From: Candidatus Latescibacterota bacterium | GTDB lineage: Bacteria; Latescibacterota; UBA2968; UBA8231 | Direction: 5' to 3' | Length of the DNA: 64,000 nt | Assembly: GCA_963422735.1 (NCBI GenBank) | Contig: OY730476.1 | Location: forward strand, 4,768,001-4,832,000 | Shown here: in pieces, positions 38,012 through 48,518 of the stretch | How the letters are laid out: every line of letters starts with the position of its first letter | Numbering within the stretch: position 1 is the stretch's first letter | The notes under the pieces: generated by a model | What the model was told of the DNA's origin: nothing | Database searches by the model: none | The model's input: the letters and a program-made list of their open reading frames with translations, nothing else | Program-made: the position numbers and the translations under genes

Positions 38012-39658
38012 ATGGTTTTCATCGTTTTGTTCTTCGCCGTCGCCCGCGTCCAGGCCGATCCCTTCTTTGTGGATGCGACGCGGGAAGCCGGCTTGGACCA
38101 TCCCACCATCAGCGGCGGCCCGCACAAGCGCTTCATCCTCGAATCCACCGGCAGCGGCGCGGCGTTTTTCGACTACGACGGCGACGGCGACCTCGATCTC
38201 TATGTGGTGGACGGCGCGACCTATGCTGGTGCCGGGCTGGGCAATGTGCTCTACCGAAACGATGGCGGAGCCTTTGTGGCGGTTGCAGCCGGCGTCGAAG
38301 ATCGCGGTTGGGGCAGCGGCGTGGCTGTGGGGGATTACGACGGCGACGGGCAACGCGATCTGTATGTAACCAACTACGGAGCCAACGCGCTCTATCGCAA
38401 TCGCGGCGATGGTGCCTTTGCCGCGGGCACAGCGTCGGCTGGGGTTGCCGGCGATGGCTTCAGCACGAGCGCGGCGTTTTTCGATTACGATCGGGACGGC
38501 GACCTCGACCTCTACGTGGCCAACTACGTAGTCTTCGACATCGAGCCGGTGCTGCAAGACCCGGGATTGGAAGATCCCTGCGTCTATTTGGGCGGCCTGC
38601 GGGTCTTTTGCGGTCCTCAGGGCATGGAAGGCGGGCGGGATCGGCTCTACCGCAACGACGGCGGGACCTTTGCCGACGTCACGGCCGCGTCCGGCGTGGC
38701 CACGGCCAATTCCTATTACGGCTTGGGCGTGGTGCCCGCAGACTTTGACCGCGATGGCGACCAGGACCTGTTCGTGGCCAACGACGAGACCCCCAATGTG
38801 CTGTTCCGCAACGATGGCGGTCGTTTGGGCGACATAGGCTTGGAGGCCGGCGTAGCGTATAACGGCGATGGCGAACCCGAAGCGAGCATGGGGGTGGATG
38901 CGGGCGATTGCGACGGCGATGGCGACTTGGACCTCTATGTGACCAACTTCTACGGCGAGACCAATACGCTCTATTTGAACTCGGGCGGTGGAATTTTTAT
39001 GGACGCCACGAGCGACCGCGGCTTGGCCTCTCCGACCGTGGGCTATCTCGGCTGGGGTACGCGCTTTTTCGACTTTGACTTCGACGGCGACTTGGACCTG
39101 TTCGTGGCCAACGGCCACATCTATCCCCAAGTCGATCACGCCAGCGCCGGGGGCACGTACGCCCAGCGCAACCAGCTTTTCGCCAACGAGGGGACGGGCG
39201 TCTTCTCTGAGGTGGAAAGGGCCGGCCCCGGGTTGCAGGTGCAAAAGTCGAGCCGCGCGACCATCAGCGGCGACTACGACCAAGACGGCGATGTCGATCT
39301 GTTCACAACCAATATCGACGACAGCCCGACGCTCTTGCGCAATGAGACACGCGCCGGCCACTATCTCGTGGTGCAAGTCGAACCGGAGGTCGTCGGAACT
39401 TGGGTGCGGCTGGTGGTGGGTGGGCGGACGCAGGTGCGGTCGGTCGGCGGGGCAGCGAGCTATTTGGGCCATAGCGACGCGCGCCTGCACTTTGGCTTAG
39501 GCCGCGCCGAGCGCGTCGAGCGCGTGGAGGTGCTGTGGCCCGATGGCGCGGTGGTGCAGTTGGAGGATTTGCCAGCGAATAAACTACTGAGCGTGTACAA
39601 GGAAGGGAGGATTGTGGTGAGGGCGTTGGATCGTGTCCCGGTACAGAAGCGGCCGTGA
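38012..39658 (+). CDS. CRTAC1/ASPIC-UnbV FG-GAP protein
   Basis: Signal peptide; DYDGDGDLDL blades; SYLGHSDARLHFGLG..WPDG. Confidence 0.9.
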   Translation: MVFIVLFFAVARVQADPFFVDATREAGLDHPTISGGPHKRFILESTGSGAAFFDYDGDGDLDLYVVDGATYAGAGLGNVLYRNDGGAFVAVAAGVEDRGWGSGVAVGDYDGDGQRDLYVTNYGANALYRNRGDGAFAAGTASAGVAGDGFSTSAAFFDYDRDGDLDLYVANYVVFDIEPVLQDPGLEDPCVYLGGLRVFCGPQGMEGGRDRLYRNDGGTFADVTAASGVATANSYYGLGVVPADFDRDGDQDLFVANDETPNVLFRNDGGRLGDIGLEAGVAYNGDGEPEASMGVDAGDCDGDGDLDLYVTNFYGETNTLYLNSGGGIFMDATSDRGLASPTVGYLGWGTRFFDFDFDGDLDLFVANGHIYPQVDHASAGGTYAQRNQLFANEGTGVFSEVERAGPGLQVQKSSRATISGDYDQDGDVDLFTTNIDDSPTLLRNETRAGHYLVVQVEPEVVGTWVRLVVGGRTQVRSVGGAASYLGHSDARLHFGLGRAERVERVEVLWPDGAVVQLEDLPANKLLSVYKEGRIVVRALDRVPVQKRP

Positions 39659-39811
39659 CGAGTCGCTCTGCCCTGACAAGACTATAGGTCCTTGACATCC
39701 CAACAAAAGCAACTTGTGCTATCTATACCCCTCGACATTTTCCGCCTAAACACTTTTTCAATGACATCACCCCCTTGCAATGGTGAATGAATTGGGTAGA
39801 AATGTGGGAAC

Positions 39812-40077
39812 ATGCGAAACCTAACTGAGGCTTCTTCGCCAACAGCCTCCGATTCCGCTGCAATCGGAAAACTCGCCAATGTGGTTGGGATTTTCCAAAG
39901 CGAGTCGCTCACAGCGGGATTGAGGGCTCCACCCCTATCCGGCGAAGTTCGTCGCCGAACTGCCGCGCACTTTGTTGAATACCCTCCCGATCCCCGCAGA
40001 AACAGCCGTCCTCGATCCTTTCTGCGGTGCGGGACCACTCTATGTGGAAAGCCAGAGGCACGGTCTCGCCATCCCAG
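39812..40077 (+). pseudogene. N-terminal remnant of an N4-cytosine-type DNA methyltransferase
   Basis: WDFPKR..GIEG / LHPYPAKFVAELPRTLL..VLDPFCGAG with frameshifts; same layout as the intact MTase at 47193. Confidence 0.8.
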
Positions 40078-40613
40078 ATCGTCCTCGACGAAACCCATGA
40101 GGTCACGCTGATTCTGCGCTTGGGACATGCCGACACCGTGCGAGTCAATGAGAGGCCCGGAACCACTCAGGCACAGGGAACTCAGTATTTCTAGCTCAGC
40201 CGGGATTGCTATGACTTCTTTCCCCCTCTCACCACCCCGAATCGGCGCGGACCTAAGAAAACGTACTCCTGCCTAATCGAGATGGATTTCGTCGATCTAA
40301 AGTCCGCGTGGCGTTTGAAGCCGAGAACAACCTCGACTTTCGCCTAGGCACCGGGCCGCTGCGCCACTCTGGTCTAGCGCGCGTAGGGATCTCCCGCGTA
40401 GGAGAAGTCCGTTACGAGCTGCGCCTCTACAGACAGGAGACCGCTGCTCATTGCGTCCTTGCTCCTTATGCGATCAATTTCATAGGAAATCGAGGCAAGC
40501 AGTACGGATTCATATCCAATCAGGAATTCCAGATGATAATCGAAGCATACGGCGGTCGTTCACCCCTGCTCTGCCTGACGGGATCCGCGAGCGCAGATGC
40601 AGAGGGGCAATAA
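40078..40613 (+). pseudogene. C-terminal DNA-binding domain remnant of a BfiI/BmrI-like type IIS restriction endonuclease
   Basis: LDETHEVTLILRLGHADT..QGTQYF*LSRDCYDFFPPLT..NRRG..TYS / FEAENNLDFRLGTG.LR..YELR..PYAINFIGNRGK match recalled R.BfiI; TAG at 40192 and a frameshift. Confidence 0.85.
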
Positions 40614-40756
40614 AGGCAGCTATTGGGTCTCCCGTTACAAAACGGTGCGCTAGGGCCTGTTTTGGTGACGACCGCCTAACCTTCCGCAGCGATTGACGCG
40701 ACGATTTTTATTTCTCAGTTTAGATACTTTCTCAAAATTCACCTCTACATATACTC

Positions 40757-41767
40757 ATGTCTTGGAATTTTGTCGTCAAAAGGGTCGCCCTTTTCCTGAT
40801 CGTAGTGTGGGCAGCGGCGAGCGTGAACTTCTTTGTGCCACGGCTGGGTACGGGCCGCGATCCCATCCGCGAGAAGCTCGGCCAGCTAGCGGCCAGCGGG
40901 GGTTTGCGCCAAGACGGCATTGAGGCCATGGTAAAGGCCTATCAGGCCAAGTTCGGCCTCGACAAGCCGCTTCACGTCCAATATCTCAACTTTCTTAGCG
41001 ACACCTTTACGCTCGACTTGGGCTATTCGCTGGCCAACTATCCGGCCCGCGTCGGGCAGATCATCGGCAATGCCATCCCTTGGACCATTGGGCTGATGAT
41101 CATTTCGGTATTGATAGGGTTTGCCTTGGGTACGCTCATGGGGGCACTGGCGGCTTGGCCGACGGCACCGCGCTTTATGCGCAACTTGGCGGTGCCGATG
41201 ATGACCCTGTCGGCGATTCCTCCCTATCTATTAGGGTTGATCGTGCTCTACATATTGGGCCTCAAGCTGAACCTCTTTCCGCTTTCGGGTGGGTACTCGC
41301 CCGGTATGTTGGCGATCTTCAACCTCTCCTTTGTCCTAGACGTGTTGCACCATTCGATTTTGCCGGCACTGGCCATCGTCTTGCAGCAGATCGGCTTCTG
41401 GGCGCTGGGGATGCGGGGGATGATGGTCACGACCTCGGGCGAGGATTACATCACGCTCGCCGAGGCCAATGGCCTGCGCAACCGCACGATTTTCTTCCGC
41501 TTCGGTCTGCGCAATGCCCTGCTGCCGCAACTCACTGCGCTGGGGCTGTCGCTGGCCAATGTGGTCGCCGGCCAGGTCATCGTCGAGGTGATTTTCGCCT
41601 ATCCGGGGATCGGCACGGTGCTCTTTCAGGCCATCCAGGCCTCGGATTATACGGTGATCAACGGCGTGGTGCTGATTCTCATCATGTCCATCGGCTTGGT
41701 GACTTTGCTGATGGACTTCTTCTATCCGCTGCTCGACCCGCGGATTTCCCACAGCCGCCACCACTAG
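40757..41767 (+). CDS. Peptide/nickel-family ABC transporter permease (DppB/OppB-like)
   Basis: FGLDKPL.VQY, EDYITLAEANGL, VEVIFAYPGIG. Confidence 0.93.
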   Translation: MSWNFVVKRVALFLIVVWAAASVNFFVPRLGTGRDPIREKLGQLAASGGLRQDGIEAMVKAYQAKFGLDKPLHVQYLNFLSDTFTLDLGYSLANYPARVGQIIGNAIPWTIGLMIISVLIGFALGTLMGALAAWPTAPRFMRNLAVPMMTLSAIPPYLLGLIVLYILGLKLNLFPLSGGYSPGMLAIFNLSFVLDVLHHSILPALAIVLQQIGFWALGMRGMMVTTSGEDYITLAEANGLRNRTIFFRFGLRNALLPQLTALGLSLANVVAGQVIVEVIFAYPGIGTVLFQAIQASDYTVINGVVLILIMSIGLVTLLMDFFYPLLDPRISHSRHH

Positions 41768-41769
41768 CT

Positions 41770-42627
41770 ATGCACCGCTTCGACCAGATTCTCTACTACT
41801 TGCGCGAAAGCCCGATGCTGGCGGCCGGCCTGTGCATGATCCTGCTGGTGGTGCTCTTCGGGGTCTTGGGGCCGATCTTCGTCGATACCTCGCAGGCCCA
41901 GCCGCTGGCCACGCCGCCGCGACAAGCTCCCTCGCTGGAGCACCCCTTTGGCACCGACGACTCCGGCCGCGATCTCCTCGCTGTGATGGTGGTGGGCGTG
42001 CCACTGACTATGCGGATTGGTCTGTTGGCCGGCACGGTGGGGCTAGGGCTGGGCATTCTCCTCGGCTTTACGAGCGGCTATATGGGCGGCAAGATAGACA
42101 CAGTTATCCGCGGCTTCGTGGATACGCTGCTGACCGTGCCCGGCCTCGTGGTGCTAGTCTCCATCGCTTCGACGATCCGCGAGGAAATTAGCGTCAACAT
42201 CATGGCCTTGGTAGTGGCCTCGCTGGCGTGGATGTGGCCCACGCGCACGATTCGCTCGCAGGTTTTGACCATGCGCGAGCGGGCGTACGTACAGATGGCC
42301 AAACTCAATGGCATGAGCAACGCCGAGATCATTTGGAAGGAGCTTTTCCCCAATCTGCTGCCCTACCTCGCGGCCAATTTCACCAATGCCGTCAACTGGG
42401 CCATTCTCTCGTCAATTGGCCTAGAGGCCCTCGGCTTGGGGCCGCAAAACGATCCAACGGTCGGCATGACCATTTATTGGGCCATTACGTTCAGCGCGCT
42501 CATCCGCGGCATGTGGTGGTGGTGGGCGATTCCAATCCTCTTTATCGGCGTGATCTTCGTCGGCTTGTTGATGACCGCGGCTGGCTTAGACGAGCTGGCC
42601 AACCCCAAACAGCGCAAGGCCGTATGA
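41770..42627 (+). CDS. ABC transporter permease (DppC/OppC-like)
   Basis: HPFGTDDSGRD, ERAYVQMAKLNG. Confidence 0.93.
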   Translation: MHRFDQILYYLRESPMLAAGLCMILLVVLFGVLGPIFVDTSQAQPLATPPRQAPSLEHPFGTDDSGRDLLAVMVVGVPLTMRIGLLAGTVGLGLGILLGFTSGYMGGKIDTVIRGFVDTLLTVPGLVVLVSIASTIREEISVNIMALVVASLAWMWPTRTIRSQVLTMRERAYVQMAKLNGMSNAEIIWKELFPNLLPYLAANFTNAVNWAILSSIGLEALGLGPQNDPTVGMTIYWAITFSALIRGMWWWWAIPILFIGVIFVGLLMTAAGLDELANPKQRKAV

Positions 42628-43631
42628 GCACAGCCGACAAAGAGGTCCTGCTGGACATTCGCGGCTTAGAGGTCCACTTTGAGACCCGGCGCGGCATTGC
42701 CCGAGCCGTCAATAAGGTCGATCTAACCCTGTACAAAGGCGAGCGTTTTGGCCTAGTCGGCGAATCCGGCAGCGGCAAGACCACGTTGATTTTGGCGCTG
42801 TTGCGGATGATCAAGACGCCGGGCCTCATCGCCGGTGGCAGCGCAACTTTAGACGACGGTACCGACCTGACTCAACTCGACCGCGAGCAAGTGCGGCAAG
42901 CCCGGCTCAAGCGGGTCGCCATGGTGCCGCAGGGTGCGATGAATTCGCTCAACCCGGTGATGAGAATCGGAGAGCAACTGATGCTGACGATGCGCGAGCA
43001 CGCGACCGATCAGCCCCCGCTGCCCAAGGCCGCGCAGTTGGAGCGTGCGGTCGAGCTGTTGGCCAAGGTCGGGCTGAAGCCGGAAGTGGCCCGTCTCTAC
43101 CCCCACGAATTGAGCGGCGGCATGAAGCAGCGGGCCTGCATTGCCCAGGCTATCTCGCTCAATCCACAGCTCATCTTGGCCGACGAGCCGACCTCTGCCC
43201 TCGACGTGGTGGTGCAGCGGCAAATCATGCAGACCTTGCGCCAGCTACAGCACCAGCTCAATGCCACCGTGCTCTTGGTGGGCCATGACATGGGCCTGAT
43301 GGCGCAGTTCGCCGAGCGCGTGGGCATCATGTACGGCGGCAAACTGGTCGAGGTGGGCCGGGTTGAGGAGATTTTTCACAATCCGCAACACCCCTACACT
43401 CAGCTCTTGATTTCCAGTATTCCCTCTTTTGAAACCAAGGGCGAGTTCAAGGGCATTCCCGGGGTTGCGCTGTCATTGTTGGACCCGCCGTTGGGCTGTC
43501 TCTTCCACCCGCGCTGCCCCCAGGCCATGCCCCAGTGCAGTCAGCGCATACCCGCCTTGAAAGCGGTCGCCCCCGACCACTTAGCGTCGTGTTTGTTGCA
43601 CGAGGAGGACGCAGATGCCCCCGCTTCTTGA
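42624..43631 (+). CDS. ABC transporter ATP-binding protein (DppD/OppD-like)
   Basis: GESGSGKT, LSGGMKQR, ADEPT, HPYT, GCLFHPRC. Confidence 0.95.
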   Translation: MSTADKEVLLDIRGLEVHFETRRGIARAVNKVDLTLYKGERFGLVGESGSGKTTLILALLRMIKTPGLIAGGSATLDDGTDLTQLDREQVRQARLKRVAMVPQGAMNSLNPVMRIGEQLMLTMREHATDQPPLPKAAQLERAVELLAKVGLKPEVARLYPHELSGGMKQRACIAQAISLNPQLILADEPTSALDVVVQRQIMQTLRQLQHQLNATVLLVGHDMGLMAQFAERVGIMYGGKLVEVGRVEEIFHNPQHPYTQLLISSIPSFETKGEFKGIPGVALSLLDPPLGCLFHPRCPQAMPQCSQRIPALKAVAPDHLASCLLHEEDADAPAS

Positions 43632-44661
43632 GGCGCGCCACCTGCGCAAGGTCTTTCGCAGCGGCGGTCAGCGCTTCGGCGCAAGCATCGAGACCATAGC
43701 CGTCAGCGACTTTTCCCTGTCGATTGACGCCGATAGGCCCTCCTTTACCACGATTGCCGGCGAGTCGGGCAGCGGCAAGACCACGATCGCCCGCATGTTG
43801 CTCGGGGTGCTCGCCCCCAGCGCCGGCGAGGTGCTCTACCGAGGCCGCGATGTACACGATCTGCAAAAGGAGGAACGGCGGCAATTCCGCAAAGACGTAC
43901 AGGCGATTTTTCAAGACCCCTTTGAGGTGTACAACCCCTTCTACAAGATCGATCACATCCTGACGACGCCGGTGCGGAAATTTGGCTTGGCCGCGTCCAA
44001 GGCCGATGCATACGACAAGATACGAGAGGCCCTGCGCGCGGTCGGGCTGCGGCCCGAGGAAACGTTGGGTCGCTATCCCCATCAGCTTTCGGGCGGGCAG
44101 CGCCAGCGCATCACCATTGCACGTGCGCTGTTGCTCAAGCCCAAGCTGATCATCGCCGACGAGCCGGTGTCCATGGTTGACGCCTCGCTCCGCGCGACCA
44201 TTCTCTCCACCCTGCACGCGCTGTATCGAAACTTCGGCATTTCCTTCATCTATATCACCCACGACCTGACAACCGCGTACCAAGTCAGCGAGAACATCGT
44301 CGTCCTATTCCACGGAGCCGTGGCCGAGGCCGGCCACACCGAGAAGGTGATCAAGGACCCGCAGCACCCCTATACGCGCGAGCTAATTCACTCGATTCCC
44401 GTGCCCGAACCCGGGCGCGAGTGGATTGACGAAGCAGTAGAAGAAAAAGAAGTAGAAGATATAGAGGCCGAAGAAGTGGCTGCTGGCTGCCGCTATGTGC
44501 TGCGCTGTCCCCAGGCCATGGCCCAGTGTGCGACCGCGCCGCCGTTTTACCGGCTAGAGGCCGAGCGGGCGGTGGCTTGTTTTCTGCACGCTGAGTCGCC
44601 GGTGTTGGAAAGCGGCGATCTAAACGAAGTGTTTTCGGCTGCGGCCGACGCGCAGAAATAA
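43615..44661 (+). CDS. ABC transporter ATP-binding protein (DppF/OppF-like)
   Basis: GESGSGKT, LSGGQRQR, ADEPVS, HPYT. Confidence 0.95.
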   Translation: MPPLLEARHLRKVFRSGGQRFGASIETIAVSDFSLSIDADRPSFTTIAGESGSGKTTIARMLLGVLAPSAGEVLYRGRDVHDLQKEERRQFRKDVQAIFQDPFEVYNPFYKIDHILTTPVRKFGLAASKADAYDKIREALRAVGLRPEETLGRYPHQLSGGQRQRITIARALLLKPKLIIADEPVSMVDASLRATILSTLHALYRNFGISFIYITHDLTTAYQVSENIVVLFHGAVAEAGHTEKVIKDPQHPYTRELIHSIPVPEPGREWIDEAVEEKEVEDIEAEEVAAGCRYVLRCPQAMAQCATAPPFYRLEAERAVACFLHAESPVLESGDLNEVFSAAADAQK

Positions 44662-44678
44662 TTTTCCGGAGGAGTGCC

Positions 44679-46409
44679 ATGCAGGGTCTGTTGTTGTGCT
44701 TGGTGAGTGTGCTGTTGATCGGCTGCGGGGACGGGGGGCACAAGAGTGTGCCACGCGGCCGGACCTTGATCATGGATTGTTCGAGCTTGCAGGACTGCAG
44801 CGGGCAGATCAAGGACTACAACTCGTTTAATCCGTTTTTGCTGACCGGCGTTTCCAAGACAGGTTGGAACTTCCAGTACGAGCCGCTGTACTTCTACAAC
44901 GCCTACAGTCCGCAAGCCGACAACGTCATTCCTTGGATCGCCACCGGGCACGAGTACAACGAAGACTACACCGAGGTCACTATCTATATCCGCGAGGGAG
45001 TCGAGTGGAGCGATGGGCAATCGTGGACCGCGGACGACTTGGTCTTTACGATCAACATGCTCAAGGACAACGCGCCGCATCTGTCTTTTTCCACCGACAT
45101 GCAGACTTGGGTAAAGAGCGCGGTGGCCATTGACGCCCACGCGGCTAAAATCGCGCTTACCAAGCCCAATCCGCGCTTTGTCTTCAGCTACTTCACCAAC
45201 AACTTCGACAACGGCATCCCCATCGTACCCAAGCACATTTGGGAGGGCCAAGACCCACAGACGTTCAGCAACTTCGATCGGGAAAAAGGCTGGCCCGTGG
45301 CCAGCGGCCCATACGAGATCTTCATTTCCGTGCCCGCGCAGCGGGTGTGGGATTTGCGCCGAGGGTGGTGGGCGCAGAAGACGGGCTTTCGCCAGTCGCC
45401 GGCCGTGGAGCGCATCATCTACCTGACGCATATGGAGGAGACCAAGCGGGTGCAGAACTTGATCTCCAACGCCATGGACACCTGCCTCGACATCCGGCCG
45501 CCGAACATCCAGTCGATTCTCGACGCCAATCCCAGCGTCTCTACTTGGACTGGGAGCGACCTGCCGCACGGGTATCTCGATTGGTGGCCGGTGTGTTTGG
45601 GGTTCAACAACTTGGAGCCGCCGTTTGACGACCCAGCGATCCGCCGCGCCATCAACTACGCCATTGACCGCGACCAATTAGTGGCTATTGGTTGGCAGGG
45701 GGCCGGGACTAAATCGCACCTGCCACTGCCGGACTTTCCGCCCATCCGCCAATACACCGACCTGGTCCAAGACTTGGTGGAAAAGTACGAGATCGGCGTC
45801 CACGACCCGGCCAAGGCTGCGGCGATTATGGAGCGCAAGGGGTGGAGCAAGGACGCCGAGGGCTTTTGGACCAAAGAGGGCGAGCGGCTCAAGATCGTCA
45901 TCGACATTTTCGATATTTTTACAGACTTAGCACCGGTCTTGGTGGCGCAGTTGGAGCGGGCGGGTTTCGACGCCGACTTCCGCATGACGCCCGATGCGTT
46001 TTCGCGCATGGCGCAGGGCGCGGCGCGGGCTTTCTTGATGGGCAATGGCGCGAGCGTGCGCGATCCGTACTTCACCCTGCGGCTCTACCACAGCCGCTTC
46101 GTCCGGCCCACCGGCACGCACTCCGAGCGGTTTTGGCGCTGGTCAAACCCGGAGTTTGACGCGCTGGTTGATCAGATGGGGCAGATCGCGCCCGACGACC
46201 CGGTGCTGAAAACGCTCTTCCGCGAGGCCATGGAAATCTGGCTGGCCGAGCTGCCCTCCATCCCCATCGTGCAGTGGTATCACCGCATCCCGCACAACCA
46301 GACCTATTGGAAGAACTGGCCGTCGGCAAAAAACCCCTATATCAACAGCGCCTATTGGCACAACACGTGGCTTTTGGTGTTGCTCGGGCTGGAGCCGGTG
46401 GAGGGATAG
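44679..46409 (+). CDS. ABC transporter substrate-binding lipoprotein, family 5
   Basis: LIGC lipobox; REGVEWSDGQSWTADDLVFT; PFDDPAIRRAINYAIDR. Confidence 0.93.
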   Translation: MQGLLLCLVSVLLIGCGDGGHKSVPRGRTLIMDCSSLQDCSGQIKDYNSFNPFLLTGVSKTGWNFQYEPLYFYNAYSPQADNVIPWIATGHEYNEDYTEVTIYIREGVEWSDGQSWTADDLVFTINMLKDNAPHLSFSTDMQTWVKSAVAIDAHAAKIALTKPNPRFVFSYFTNNFDNGIPIVPKHIWEGQDPQTFSNFDREKGWPVASGPYEIFISVPAQRVWDLRRGWWAQKTGFRQSPAVERIIYLTHMEETKRVQNLISNAMDTCLDIRPPNIQSILDANPSVSTWTGSDLPHGYLDWWPVCLGFNNLEPPFDDPAIRRAINYAIDRDQLVAIGWQGAGTKSHLPLPDFPPIRQYTDLVQDLVEKYEIGVHDPAKAAAIMERKGWSKDAEGFWTKEGERLKIVIDIFDIFTDLAPVLVAQLERAGFDADFRMTPDAFSRMAQGAARAFLMGNGASVRDPYFTLRLYHSRFVRPTGTHSERFWRWSNPEFDALVDQMGQIAPDDPVLKTLFREAMEIWLAELPSIPIVQWYHRIPHNQTYWKNWPSAKNPYINSAYWHNTWLLVLLGLEPVEG

Positions 46410-46412
46410 GGG

Positions 46413-46480
46413 CGCGTCCCCGATAACCTCGTCAAAGCACTACACCAAGCTGCTGTCGAGCACAAGCTGAGTCGTGTCGC
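46413..46480 (+). pseudogene. Fragment of an RHH/CopG antitoxin (left copy)
   Basis: Reads RVPDNLVKALHQAAVEHKLSR; 46427-46453 matches 48551-48577 at 25/27 nt. Confidence 0.6.
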
Positions 46481-46497
46481 CATCGAAGAGAGACTTA

Positions 46498-47196
46498 ATG
46501 AACATAGAGAATATAGACCAGTTAAGTGAAAAATTATCTGAGATTAGGAATAAGGGGTATGTTGTTTCATTAAGGAGAGGTAATACTGGTATAGGTTACA
46601 CACTGGAGATGCTGCTTGGATTACAAGAAAATAATTTGCAGACCCCCGATTTTGATGCCATAGAGATAAAATCTCAAAGAAAAGAAGCCACCAATCGCGT
46701 AACCATGTTTACGTTTAATCGAGGCGTTTGGAAGATAGAACAAAAGGATGTGATTAAGGAGTATGGCTATATAGATACGAACGGTCGTTCTTCTCTATAT
46801 TGCGTCGTGAACAATATGACAAATAATCAAGGACTTTTTATAAAAGTTGAAGAAGAAATGGTTAGACTGTATCATGTGAACAAAACTCTTATTTGTCAAT
46901 GGCCTGGAGAAGGCTTAGTTGGGACATTCAAAGAAAAGATGCCCGCTCTGGTTATTGTTTATGCTGATACCCGTGTCAATTCAGATAAAAAGGAGGAGTT
47001 TTGGTTTAATGAAGCCTATCTCTTAACAGATCCGGATGAGGATAATTTCTTGGATTTGATTCGGAAAAATATAGTTATCATCGATATTAGAATGCACCTG
47101 CGAGATAATGATTCGGTACGAAATCACGGGACGGGTTTTAGAATCGAGGAAAGGTTCTTAAACTTATGCTTTGGAAGGAGGGTAAAAATACTATGA
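46498..47196 (+). CDS. MvaI/BcnI-family type II restriction endonuclease
   Basis: GNTGIGYTLE.LLG..ENN..PD..IEIKS, TMFT, RNHGTGFRI; AT-rich. Confidence 0.9.
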   Translation: MNIENIDQLSEKLSEIRNKGYVVSLRRGNTGIGYTLEMLLGLQENNLQTPDFDAIEIKSQRKEATNRVTMFTFNRGVWKIEQKDVIKEYGYIDTNGRSSLYCVVNNMTNNQGLFIKVEEEMVRLYHVNKTLICQWPGEGLVGTFKEKMPALVIVYADTRVNSDKKEEFWFNEAYLLTDPDEDNFLDLIRKNIVIIDIRMHLRDNDSVRNHGTGFRIEERFLNLCFGRRVKIL

Positions 47197-48440
47197 CAGT
47201 CAAGAATCGCAAATACAAAGACGAAACCTGGGACTTTAGAAAAGCAGATACCAAGAAATATACTCACTGTTTTCACAATTATCCCGCGATGATGATTCCC
47301 CAGGTTGCAAGAAATCTCTTAGATCGGTATGGTGGTGTAGATGGATGGTTATTAGATCCTTATTGCGGTACTGGTACATCCTTAGTAGAGGCATCTATGT
47401 TTGGGATGAACGGTATCGGATGTGATATCAATCCCCTTGTAAGGTTGGTCGCAATGGCCAAGACCTCTCCGATTTCCCTACGAACGCTTGATTTTCATTT
47501 GAGAGATTTAGACAACATTATTTTTCAAATTTGTTTCTCTAATCATATACCTTATACGCCAGTTCCCGATGTTCTAAATCTGGATTATTGGTTCTCCAGA
47601 GATGTTACAATATATCTGTCTTTTCTTCGTACTTACATTTGTGCCATAAATGATGAGGCGATTCGCAATTTCTTTTGGATCGCATTTTCAGAAACAGTTA
47701 GGGAATGTTCCTACACAAAGAATAGCGAGTTCAAGCTGAACAGAATATCGTCTCAGAAAATGAAAAATTTCAAGCCTGATGTTTTCGGCATTTTGCAGAG
47801 CAAGCTAATCCGAAATCGGCAGGGTTTTGAAAATTATCTAAACAAAAGAAAAAACGTCGAGATATTTGTCTCAGGTAAGAACACCGCAAATGGCGAGTTG
47901 CCCGAAAATCAACCATTGGGAGGATTCGATTTGATTATCACCTCTCCTCCGTATGGCGATTCACAAACAACAGTTGCGTATGGGCAATTTTCGCGTTTGT
48001 CGGCTGATTGGATTGGCCTGATTGATTCGCGCAAAGTTGACCGAATATCAATGGGCGGCAAAAAAAAAGAAAGAAGATTGTGTGCGGCTCCAGTTGCGGA
48101 GGCTATTGGAAAAATTCGTGCCATAGATGAAAAACGCGCTATCCAGGTCGAGGCATTTTACATAGATTTGGAGCATAGCATAAATTGTATTGCGCCGCTG
48201 CTGGCAAAGCATGCGACGATTTGCTATGTGGTTGGTAATCGCAGGGTTAAAGATGTCATCCTTCCGACGGATGAGTTTGTCGTTTTTGCCTTTGCTCAGC
48301 ATGGATTTTCTCACCGGGAAACCATCGTTAGGAATATACCCAATAAACGCATGCCCCAAAAGAACAGCCCTTCCAACATTGTGGGTAAGACGGCTGCCAC
48401 AATGCAAGAGGAAAACATCGTTGTTTGCCAACGGCTGTGA
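47193..48440 (+). CDS. N4-cytosine DNA methyltransferase (M.MvaI-like)
   Basis: HNYPAMMIPQ, LDPYCGTGT (motif I), TSPPY (motif IV); ATGA coupling to the REase. Confidence 0.9.
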   Translation: MTVKNRKYKDETWDFRKADTKKYTHCFHNYPAMMIPQVARNLLDRYGGVDGWLLDPYCGTGTSLVEASMFGMNGIGCDINPLVRLVAMAKTSPISLRTLDFHLRDLDNIIFQICFSNHIPYTPVPDVLNLDYWFSRDVTIYLSFLRTYICAINDEAIRNFFWIAFSETVRECSYTKNSEFKLNRISSQKMKNFKPDVFGILQSKLIRNRQGFENYLNKRKNVEIFVSGKNTANGELPENQPLGGFDLIITSPPYGDSQTTVAYGQFSRLSADWIGLIDSRKVDRISMGGKKKERRLCAAPVAEAIGKIRAIDEKRAIQVEAFYIDLEHSINCIAPLLAKHATICYVVGNRRVKDVILPTDEFVVFAFAQHGFSHRETIVRNIPNKRMPQKNSPSNIVGKTAATMQEENIVVCQRL

Positions 48441-48518
48441 TGTAAATTGATCAAAGGTCATGCGCGTTATGGCCTTACGACAAATCGGAGATGAGCGGCG
48501 GTTTAGGAGATCAACCCC

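Noticed and set aside
37997-39490. Long antisense ORFs (also 21589-22704, 44547-45677, 16743-17744, 54149-55162)
   Set aside because: Shadows of GC-rich genes on the opposite strand; no recognisable motifs
48060-48068. A9 run in the N4-methylase as a phase-variation tract
   Set aside because: In frame within an AT-rich Lys-rich stretch; switching off the methylase with an intact REase would likely be lethal
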